Shown: in pieces, positions 15,971 through 23,511 of the stretch
Layout of the letters: each line of letters starts with the position of its first letter
Numbering within the stretch: position 1 is the stretch's first letter
Assembly (NCBI GenBank): GCA_038735675.1
Contig: JAVYNJ010000007.1
Span: forward strand, 1 to 24,546
Reading direction: 5' to 3'
Length of the DNA stretch: 24,546 nucleotides
Origin: Nanopusillaceae archaeon
GTDB taxonomy: Archaea > Nanobdellota > Nanobdellia > Nanobdellales > Nanobdellaceae
Position numbers and translations under genes: made by a program
The notes under the pieces: model-generated
The model's input: only the letters and a program-made list of their open reading frames with translations
The model's database searches: none
Told to the model about the DNA's origin: nothing

Positions 15971-18085
15971 ATGAAGAAAGAGTTTATATTGGTAACTGCG
16001 GCTTTACCATATTCAAATAATGTCCCACATATTGGACACATCGTTGGATCTCATCTCCCAGCAGATATTTTTGCAAGATATCAAAGATTTAAGGGAAATT
16101 ACGTTATATTCATCGGAGGAACTGATGAACATGGAACTCCAACCGAAATAGAAGCAATAAAAAAGAATACTACACCAGAAAAGATAACTGAATTTTATTA
16201 CAATATTCATAAAAAAATTTATGATTGGTTTAATATTTCTTATGACAATTTTTCTAGAACTTCTAAATCAGAAATACATTATGAGATGACTAAAAACATA
16301 TTTTTGAGAATTTTATGTTCAGATTTGATATGTGAAAAAATTGACGAATTACCTTACGATCCTTTAACTGGGAGATTTTTACCAGATAGATATGTTATTG
16401 GAAAGTGTCCACATTGTGGATACGATAAAGCAAGAGGAGATCAATGTGAAAATTGTGGAAAATTATTAGATCCTAAAGATTTGATAGAGCCGAAAAATTC
16501 TATAAATGGAAATCCGGTGATTTTCAAAAAAACTAGACATATATACTTTAGATTAGATAAACTATCCGAAGATTTAAAAAATTGGATAGAAGAAAAGAAA
16601 AAAGATTTTTCAGAACTTACATATACTACTTCGAAAAGTATGCTAAATGAGGGACTTAAAGAAAGAAGTATTACTAGAGATATAAAATGGGGTGTACCAG
16701 TTCCCTATGAAGATATTTGGAGATTTATACTAGACAAAATATTTAGCAAAATTGATTTTTCTTCAAAAGATAAACTATTCTATTCTATTATTGATTCTCT
16801 AAAATCTATTGATATTCCAATTACTCCAGAAGATGAAGAAAAAATAAAAGCAGTTATAGAACAAAACTGGCCAAAAATAGATAGTATAATAAATAGTATC
16901 AATATATACGAACCGTATAAAAATAAAGTTTTTTATGTATGGTTTGATGCACCGATAGGATATATTTCTTTTACGGTAGAATTGTTAAAAGAGGAGTTTA
17001 GCTTAAAAGAATTAGAAAACGTAGATTTAAAGGATTGTAAAATAATCAATATAGAAGAAAATTTTGCAGAAATAGAAATTGGTGATATTAAATATAAGGT
17101 AAAATATAAAGAAGTTGATGGTACATTATATATTGAAGATATAGAACCTGGATACTTCTTTTCAAATATTAAAAAAATAATTAAGATACTTTTAAATTCA
17201 AAAAAACTAGAAAAAGCGATTAATAAAATAAATTGGAAAAAATTTTGGATGGAAGGAAAAATATATCACTTTTTAGGCAAAGATAATATTCCTTTTCATA
17301 CTCTATTCTGGCCAGGAATAATTATTGCTTCGAATAAATGTAAAAAAGTAGATTCTATATTTGAAAAAGAAATTAAACTACCAGAAAACGTATTTGGTTA
17401 TGCTTATTTAACTTATGAGGGAAGAAAAATTAGTAAAAGTCAAAATTGGGGAATTTTCTGTGATAGCCTAATTGATGCTAATATTGATAGTGACTATTGG
17501 AGATTTTATTTAGCATATTTAATTCCTGAAAATAAAGATACTTCTTTCAAATGGAATGAATTTACAGAAATAATAAATAAAGAACTAGTAAATAATATCG
17601 GAAACTTAACTCATAGAGTATTAAAATTCTTTTGGCAAAATTACAAAAAAATTAATGGAGATTTTAATAAAGAAATATTAAAAATTGCTAGAGAATATTA
17701 TGATATAATTTGCTCACATTTAGAAAAAGGAGAGATATCAACAGCCTTAAAAAAGATAATTGAAATGTCTAATAGAGGTAATGTTCTATTTCAAGAGAGA
17801 AAACCCTGGGAAAATCCTGAAAAAAATAAAGAATTTATAAACAGTATGATAATTTACATAATAATAATTTACACATTTTTATCATTTTATATACCAAAAT
17901 ATTCTAAGATATTTTTTGAACAATTAAAAATAGAGATATTAAATAATAAAGACCTATTAGAATTATTAGAAAATCCCAAAAAACTAAGCATTGAAATGAA
18001 AAGCGAACCAAAACCCCTTTTTAATAAACTAGATATAGAATATATAAATAAAATTAAAGAAAATGTTACTAAACCAAAATATTAA
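15971..18085 (+). CDS. metG: Methionyl-tRNA synthetase with two large internal insertions
   Basis: Motifs are the HIGH motif PHIGHIVG, zinc knuckle CPHCG...CENCG, RDIKWGVPVP, VFYVWFDAPIGYIS, HFLGKDNIPFHTLFWP, a KMSKS variant KISKS, and the anticodon-domain NELVNNIGNLTHR. There is no C-terminal Trbp111-like domain. Confidence 0.9.
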   Translation: MKKEFILVTAALPYSNNVPHIGHIVGSHLPADIFARYQRFKGNYVIFIGGTDEHGTPTEIEAIKKNTTPEKITEFYYNIHKKIYDWFNISYDNFSRTSKSEIHYEMTKNIFLRILCSDLICEKIDELPYDPLTGRFLPDRYVIGKCPHCGYDKARGDQCENCGKLLDPKDLIEPKNSINGNPVIFKKTRHIYFRLDKLSEDLKNWIEEKKKDFSELTYTTSKSMLNEGLKERSITRDIKWGVPVPYEDIWRFILDKIFSKIDFSSKDKLFYSIIDSLKSIDIPITPEDEEKIKAVIEQNWPKIDSIINSINIYEPYKNKVFYVWFDAPIGYISFTVELLKEEFSLKELENVDLKDCKIINIEENFAEIEIGDIKYKVKYKEVDGTLYIEDIEPGYFFSNIKKIIKILLNSKKLEKAINKINWKKFWMEGKIYHFLGKDNIPFHTLFWPGIIIASNKCKKVDSIFEKEIKLPENVFGYAYLTYEGRKISKSQNWGIFCDSLIDANIDSDYWRFYLAYLIPENKDTSFKWNEFTEIINKELVNNIGNLTHRVLKFFWQNYKKINGDFNKEILKIAREYYDIICSHLEKGEISTALKKIIEMSNRGNVLFQERKPWENPEKNKEFINSMIIYIIIIYTFLSFYIPKYSKIFFEQLKIEILNNKDLLELLENPKKLSIEMKSEPKPLFNKLDIEYINKIKENVTKPKY

Positions 18086-18164
18086 AATTAAATTAAAAAA
18101 TAAAAATTTAAAATAGCCTTAACAGAACCTTTATAAATTTATACTACTAAAAAATTTACTTTTT

Positions 18165-18179
18165 TTGTTGTTGTTGTTG
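18165..18179. repeat. (TTG)5 microsatellite in the longest intergenic region
   Basis: ttgttgttgttgttg read directly from the sequence. On the minus strand it encodes the Gln5 run of a 17-codon mini-ORF. Confidence 0.9.
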
Positions 18180-18421
18180 TTCTTTCTTTTCTTCTTTTTT
18201 CTTTGCCATATTAATATATATTGACAATGATTTTATAAATATTAACGAAAATACTTAAAAATCAAAACATATATCGCTTTATAAAGACCTATCGTAATAA
18301 AAAAACGTCTTCAGATTTTAAATAAAATAAAAGAAAATTTTCAATAAAATAGAATAATGATAAAATTTATATCTAAATTCAAGAAAAGAATAAATAAAAT
18401 TAAAATTATAAAATTACTAAA

Positions 18422-19375
18422 ATGGCATTTGATATAATTGGTGATATAGCAATAATAAAAAAACCATTAAAATATGATATTGAAGAATATAAGAAGATTA
18501 TACTCAATAAACATAAAAATATAAAGACTATTTTACTACAAGAAACTGAAGTAGAACCTCCTTACAGAATAGCAAAATATAAATTCATTTATGGAGAAAA
18601 AAAAACTGAAACAATTTGCATTGAATATGGATTAAGGTTTAAATTAGATATTTCAAAATGCTATTATTCTAACAGATTATCAAATGAAAGACATAGAATA
18701 GCTAAAAGCGTTAAAGATGGAGAAAAAGTTTTAGTGATGTTTTCTGGAGTTAATCCATATCCTATATATATTTCAAAATTTTCTAAAGCGGATAAAATTT
18801 ATTCTATAGAATTAAATCCATATGCTTTTAAGTATGGAATAGAAAATGTCAAACTAAATAAAGCAAATAACATTATAACTATTTTAGGAGATGTTAGAGA
18901 CGTAACACCATATTTATACTATCTATCCAACGGGGATGGTATAATAAATGATGACATCTTAAATGATGCTATAGAATCTTCTATTGAATTGAATAAAGCA
19001 ATTTTCACCAGAGAAATAAATAAAAAATTAAAAGCTAAAGAATATTTAAATTTAGATTTTTTTAAAGATAAAGAAAAATACAAATTGAAATTTGACAGAA
19101 TTATAATGCCATTACCAAAAGAATCGGATCTTTTTTTAGATGTTGCAATACCGGCTATAAAAAATAACGGAATAATACATTTATACCATTTCTTAAATGA
19201 AGAAAATTATATGGAAGAAATTAAAAAGATATTAGATGAACAATCAGAAAAATTAAATTTTAAATATGAAATATTAAATATAATTAAAGCTGGAGATATA
19301 TCTCCCGGAGTTTATAGATATTGCATAGATTTTAAAGTAATAAAAAAATATAATGAAAACTATGGAGAAATTTAA
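18422..19375 (+). CDS. trm5: tRNA (guanine37-N1)-methyltransferase Trm5 (Met-10+ domain), D1-less with internal insertion
   Basis: It starts directly with the D2 signature FDIIGDIAII. It also has YYSNRLSNERHRIA, SAM-binding VLVMFSGVNPYPI, SIELNP, GDVRDV and FDRIIMPLP (NLP-type motif). Confidence 0.8.
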   Translation: MAFDIIGDIAIIKKPLKYDIEEYKKIILNKHKNIKTILLQETEVEPPYRIAKYKFIYGEKKTETICIEYGLRFKLDISKCYYSNRLSNERHRIAKSVKDGEKVLVMFSGVNPYPIYISKFSKADKIYSIELNPYAFKYGIENVKLNKANNIITILGDVRDVTPYLYYLSNGDGIINDDILNDAIESSIELNKAIFTREINKKLKAKEYLNLDFFKDKEKYKLKFDRIIMPLPKESDLFLDVAIPAIKNNGIIHLYHFLNEENYMEEIKKILDEQSEKLNFKYEILNIIKAGDISPGVYRYCIDFKVIKKYNENYGEI

Positions 19376-20351
19376 TGAAGATCTCTATCTTGAATTTTAT
19401 GAAACTGAAAATAGATTTATACTTGAAGATGCTTTATATGTTAACAAAATAGAATACAGAAGAGATCCTTTAACTGGAATATGGGTAAGAATAAATAGAA
19501 GATTAAATGAAAAACATAAAATTAAAAATATTATTGAAAAAAAAGAAAAAATAGAATGTCCTTTTTGCAAAGAAAACATTTTTACTAAAACTCCAAAACT
19601 AACTGACAGAGATAGATTTATATTAGAAAAAAGTATCGCATTTCCGAGCTTATATCCCTATGCTAAATATCATTTTGTTTTAGTTCCAAATTATGAAGAA
19701 CATATAGAAAATTTTTCAGATTTGAAGTTTGAAGATTTTTATAATTCGATGATTCTAATAAAAGAAGTTGCAGATTATGTAAATAAGAAAGATAAAAACT
19801 ATAAATATCTTTTTATAAATTTAAACAAAGGTCCTTTTTCTGGTGCATCTCAAGAACATTTACATTTTCAAATAATTATAGAAGATATTCCTAGAGGTTT
19901 CTATAGTAAATTAGTAGAAAACTCAGAAAAATATTTTAACAAATACAAAAGCTTTTTAATAGAAGACTACATTAATTTTGAAAAAAATCTAAATAAAAGA
20001 TATATTAAAGAAGATAAAAATTTTGTTTTAATATCACCTTTTGCTCCTATAAGAAATAATGAAATCTTAGGAATGATAAAATCGTTTGGAATATATTTTA
20101 TGTCATCAATAAATTTCAGAGAATTTCTTTTAGAACTATATAGATTATTAAAAATATACGAAAATCAATTTGAAAATTTTAATTTAGTAATTTCAGATAC
20201 TTCATATATAAAAGAAGGCAAAATTTTACCATTTTTTAGAGTTGGACAAAGAAATCAAAATGATATTGGATTTTTAGAACTTTATCATGGAGAATTTGTT
20301 GTTGGAAAAAGTCCAGAAGATACTGCAAAATTCTTTAGAGTTATAATATAG
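19353..20351 (+). CDS. Galactose-1-phosphate uridylyltransferase (GalT)-family nucleotidyltransferase/phosphorylase
   Basis: 332 aa. It has the zinc motif CPFCKEN near the N-terminus and the HIT-like active site SGASQEHLHFQI (HxHxQ). It overlaps the trm5 3' end by 23 nt, and an alternative ATG exists at 19362. Confidence 0.6.
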   Translation: MKTMEKFNEDLYLEFYETENRFILEDALYVNKIEYRRDPLTGIWVRINRRLNEKHKIKNIIEKKEKIECPFCKENIFTKTPKLTDRDRFILEKSIAFPSLYPYAKYHFVLVPNYEEHIENFSDLKFEDFYNSMILIKEVADYVNKKDKNYKYLFINLNKGPFSGASQEHLHFQIIIEDIPRGFYSKLVENSEKYFNKYKSFLIEDYINFEKNLNKRYIKEDKNFVLISPFAPIRNNEILGMIKSFGIYFMSSINFREFLLELYRLLKIYENQFENFNLVISDTSYIKEGKILPFFRVGQRNQNDIGFLELYHGEFVVGKSPEDTAKFFRVII

Positions 20352-20354
20352 CTT

Positions 20355-20834
20355 CTAATATTTTAAAGAATCATATAATATTTTAAGTAGATTACTTTTG
20401 GATTTATCCATCTCTAATAAACTCTTTCTATTGAAATAATTTCTAGAATTTTCGTAAATCTCAGAAATATTTTCAATCAAAAAATCTAACTTAAGATACT
20501 TACTTAATTCTGAATCAATATTATTTACCTTATCTGAACATAAAAATCGATTTTTACCATCATTATAGCATATATAATATTTGTTTGTATCTTTTAGGTT
20601 AATATAATCATTTAAAATGTATATAGCTAGAAATTTTGGCTTACTAAATATTTTAAATATTTTATTTTCATTGTAAATTTCCAAAGAATATATATTTTGG
20701 GAATATTTGTTTATTTTAAAGATTAAATCTTCTAAAAAATTTTTTTTAATTTTCAAATGATAAGAATCAACCACTATATCTTTTGAAATAATATTTTTTA
20801 TATATTCTCCGTTTCTTTTTTGTATCTCAATCAT
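20355..20834 (-). CDS. Hypothetical protein
   Basis: 159-aa ORF, the last gene of the minus-strand block that begins at the GNAT gene. No recognisable motif. Confidence 0.5.
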   Translation of the reverse strand: MIEIQKRNGEYIKNIISKDIVVDSYHLKIKKNFLEDLIFKINKYSQNIYSLEIYNENKIFKIFSKPKFLAIYILNDYINLKDTNKYYICYNDGKNRFLCSDKVNNIDSELSKYLKLDFLIENISEIYENSRNYFNRKSLLEMDKSKSNLLKILYDSLKY

Positions 20835-20857
20835 AATAATGAAATATATAGAAAAAT

Positions 20858-21316
20858 TTATAAATTTTTTTCAAGAAAAGTTGATATTTTTTCTTTTAGA
20901 ATATATGATAGCAAAATCTCTAGTTTTCTCCAATTTTTATTTTCTATAGCTTTTTCTGAAAAGAGATATATATCTCTGAATACTCTTCTTCTTTCATATT
21001 TACTTAAATGTGAAACACTAAAAAAATTTGAATTATAAATTGAGACTTTTCCAAAATCATTACATATACACTTATAAAATCTATCTAAATCCTCAAACTT
21101 CAATTTTTGTATTAATAAAGCCTCTTCAATAGATTGATTCACTCCATATTTCTCAGAAATTTTTATTATATAAACATAATTGTTATAAGGAATTTCAATT
21201 CTTCCAAAAATTACTCTGAGATATCTATCGTCATCTAAATAAATTTTTTTTGAATAAAATACATCTATTCTATCCTTTAATTTTATATAATCCTTACAAA
21301 TACTTTTACATAACAT
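20858..21316 (-). CDS. Hypothetical protein (shares an N-terminal motif with 12108..12995)
   Basis: 152-aa ORF. The N-terminus MLCKSICKDYIKLKDRIDVFYSKKIY...NNYVYIIKISE parallels MLCLDSSIKHIKKKGIDLHDKKIY...NYNINYLKISG. Confidence 0.5.
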   Translation of the reverse strand: MLCKSICKDYIKLKDRIDVFYSKKIYLDDDRYLRVIFGRIEIPYNNYVYIIKISEKYGVNQSIEEALLIQKLKFEDLDRFYKCICNDFGKVSIYNSNFFSVSHLSKYERRRVFRDIYLFSEKAIENKNWRKLEILLSYILKEKISTFLEKNL

Positions 21317-21354
21317 AAATAATTCTTTTTTTAAATATTTTTAACTATTATCAA

Positions 21355-22428
21355 TTACTTCACAGTTACACTTTTAGCTAGATTTCTTGGGTAGTCTATG
21401 GGTAATCTCTTTTCTCTTGCAATATAATAGGTCAATAATTGTCCTATTATTACAGAATATATAATAAAATCTGGAAAAGATTCTGATATATTAAAGTCTC
21501 CAGGAATTTTATAAACACTTCCTCCTCTTGCTAATATCTCTTCAATATTTGTTTTTATGTTATCATCCCAATAAGGATTTAAAGATAAAACCTTTGTTCC
21601 TTCTTCTATTAAAGCTAAAGTTCCATGTTTTAATTCTCCACCAGGCAAGGCTTCAGCATGAATGTAAGATATTTCCTTTAATTTTAAAGCTATTTCCATA
21701 GAAGAATAATAATTTATCCCTCTACCAATTATATACAGATCTTTTTCATTTTTTAAATATCTAGATAAATTAATTATTTTTTCTTCATTATTTTTAATTG
21801 TGTTTTCTATTTCTTTAGGTATATCATATAAATTTATTTTTAATCCTAACTTATTTGCAATATAAAAAAATGTAATTACTTGATTTGTAAATGTTTTTGT
21901 TGCAGCAACACATTTTTCCTGACCTGCTTTTATTTCAATAAAATTAGAAGACATTCTTTGAATTGTTGAATAAGGAACATTTACTATAGATAAGATATCT
22001 TTAACTCTACTTTTCAGATCTTTTAATGCTAAAATAACATCCATAGTTTCTCCAGATTGTGATACTGCTATTACTAAAGTATCTCTATCATATTTCATTT
22101 CTTTGTATTCTGATGCCAAAACCGAATATGCATCATAATTTAATTCTCTAAATAATTTTGATCCTATTAAAGATGCATGATAAGAAGATCCTGCAGCGAC
22201 AAAAACAATTTTTTTAGAATCATTAATTTTTTCTATAAAATCATTAATAGTTTTTTCTTGTTCTGTATTTAAAGAATCTATTAATATTTTTGAAACTAAA
22301 ATTTGATCATATATTTCTTTAATCATGTAATGTTCATATTCTTTCTTGTACTCTAAATTTATCCATTTTAGTTTTTTAATTTTCTTTTCTATTAAATTTC
22401 CAGATAAATCATAAAACTCTATTTTCAT
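21355..22428 (-). CDS. glmS: Glutamine--fructose-6-phosphate aminotransferase, C-terminal piece (end of glutaminase domain + two SIS domains)
   Basis: Motifs are HYMIKEIYDQ (domain linker), SIS motifs VFVAAGSSYHASLIG and AVSQSGETMDVILAL, GGELKHGTLALIEEGT, and the canonical C-terminus PRNLAKSVTVK. Confidence 0.85.
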   Translation of the reverse strand: MKIEFYDLSGNLIEKKIKKLKWINLEYKKEYEHYMIKEIYDQILVSKILIDSLNTEQEKTINDFIEKINDSKKIVFVAAGSSYHASLIGSKLFRELNYDAYSVLASEYKEMKYDRDTLVIAVSQSGETMDVILALKDLKSRVKDILSIVNVPYSTIQRMSSNFIEIKAGQEKCVAATKTFTNQVITFFYIANKLGLKINLYDIPKEIENTIKNNEEKIINLSRYLKNEKDLYIIGRGINYYSSMEIALKLKEISYIHAEALPGGELKHGTLALIEEGTKVLSLNPYWDDNIKTNIEEILARGGSVYKIPGDFNISESFPDFIIYSVIIGQLLTYYIAREKRLPIDYPRNLAKSVTVK

Positions 22429-23054
22429 AGATTTATTATTAAGAATTCATAATCATCCATTGTAATTATATTTTCTACTTTATCCAAAAAGGCATATACA
22501 TCTGATGCTAGATATATTGTATTTTTATCTAAACCAACAACTAAAGGGCTGCCATTTTTTATTGCAACTATTTTATTAAGATTTTTTAAATAAATTATGA
22601 CAGCATACGTTCCATAAAAATTTTTAAATATATCTAAAACAATTTCTTTTATTTCTTTTCCATTTTTTAATTCTTCTTCAAACCAATGTGCAAATATCTC
22701 AGAATCTGTTTCAGAAACAAATTTATGTCCTCTTTCTACTAAATAATTTTTTAATTCTAAATAATTATCTATTGTTCCATTATGAACTACAAAAATTTCT
22801 TTATTACAATCATAATGCGGATGGGCATTTATTTCAGATACTTTTCCATGAGTAGCCCATCTGGTATGTCCTATGAATATTTTTGATTTTCCTTTAAAAT
22901 CTATTTTTTCTATCCTTCCAACTTTTTTAAATATAGTTTTATCTGAACAAAACCCATAAGAATCATAGCCTCTATATTCTAATCTTCTCAATCTCTCTAA
23001 ACCTTCTGAAATATCAAAAAATTCTTCAGAAATTATTGCAACAATTCCACACAT
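22425..23054 (-). CDS. glmS: Glutamine--fructose-6-phosphate aminotransferase, N-terminal piece (class II glutamine amidotransferase)
   Basis: It starts MCGIVAII (Ntn catalytic Cys2). It also has LEYRGYDSYG, GHTRWATHG, NAHPH, VVHNGTIDNY and SETDSEIFAH. It ends in an ATGA overlap with the downstream piece. Confidence 0.85.
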   Translation of the reverse strand: MCGIVAIISEEFFDISEGLERLRRLEYRGYDSYGFCSDKTIFKKVGRIEKIDFKGKSKIFIGHTRWATHGKVSEINAHPHYDCNKEIFVVHNGTIDNYLELKNYLVERGHKFVSETDSEIFAHWFEEELKNGKEIKEIVLDIFKNFYGTYAVIIYLKNLNKIVAIKNGSPLVVGLDKNTIYLASDVYAFLDKVENIITMDDYEFLIINL

Positions 23055-23407
23055 TATAAATCTATTCTAAACTCATATCCCCATTTTTTAAATCCTAACT
23101 TTTCATAAAATTTATGTACATTTTCTCTTTCAAATCTACTAGTAGCAATTATTTTATAACAACCTTTTTGTTTTGCAATTTCAATTGCTTTCTTAACCAA
23201 TATTTTTCCATAACCTCTATTTCTATAATTTTCCTCTATAAAAACATCTTCTAACAATGCATATGGTTTTTCATGTAAATCGTTCTTTATAAAGTATAAA
23301 TAGCATCTTCCTACTTCTTTATTTTCAATTTCTAAACTTATTTTCATGTTATTCCCATTATCAAATATCCTAAAATTCTTGTTTATGATATCTTCAAGAT
23401 TTTCCAT
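23054..23407 (-). CDS. Small GNAT N-acetyltransferase, GNA1-like core (possible glucosamine-6-phosphate N-acetyltransferase)
   Basis: 117 aa. The acetyl-CoA motif is YRNRGYGKIL. LEDVFIEENYRNRGYGKILVKKAIEIAKQKGCYKIIATSRFERENVHKFYEKLGF parallels yeast GNA1 IEDIAVNSKYQGQGLGKLLIDQLVTIGFDYGCYKIILDCDEKNVKFYEKCGF (recalled from memory). TAATG couples it to the glmS start. Confidence 0.7.
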   Translation of the reverse strand: MENLEDIINKNFRIFDNGNNMKISLEIENKEVGRCYLYFIKNDLHEKPYALLEDVFIEENYRNRGYGKILVKKAIEIAKQKGCYKIIATSRFERENVHKFYEKLGFKKWGYEFRIDL

Positions 23408-23511
23408 ATTATAATATTCTAAAAGATTTATTTTAATACTTACTAAAACTTTTATTTTAATATTTTTAATATTTAGAATAAATTTTTTAATTTTATTAAA
23501 AAATTATTTTT

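Noticed and set aside
16706-17230. MetRS insertions considered as inteins or mobile insertions.
   Set aside because: There is no Cys/Ser/Thr at the upstream junction, no terminal His-Asn plus Cys/Ser/Thr, and no homing-endonuclease motifs. The inserts are far too short (~65-85 aa) for an intein and are in frame, with the same composition as the host gene.
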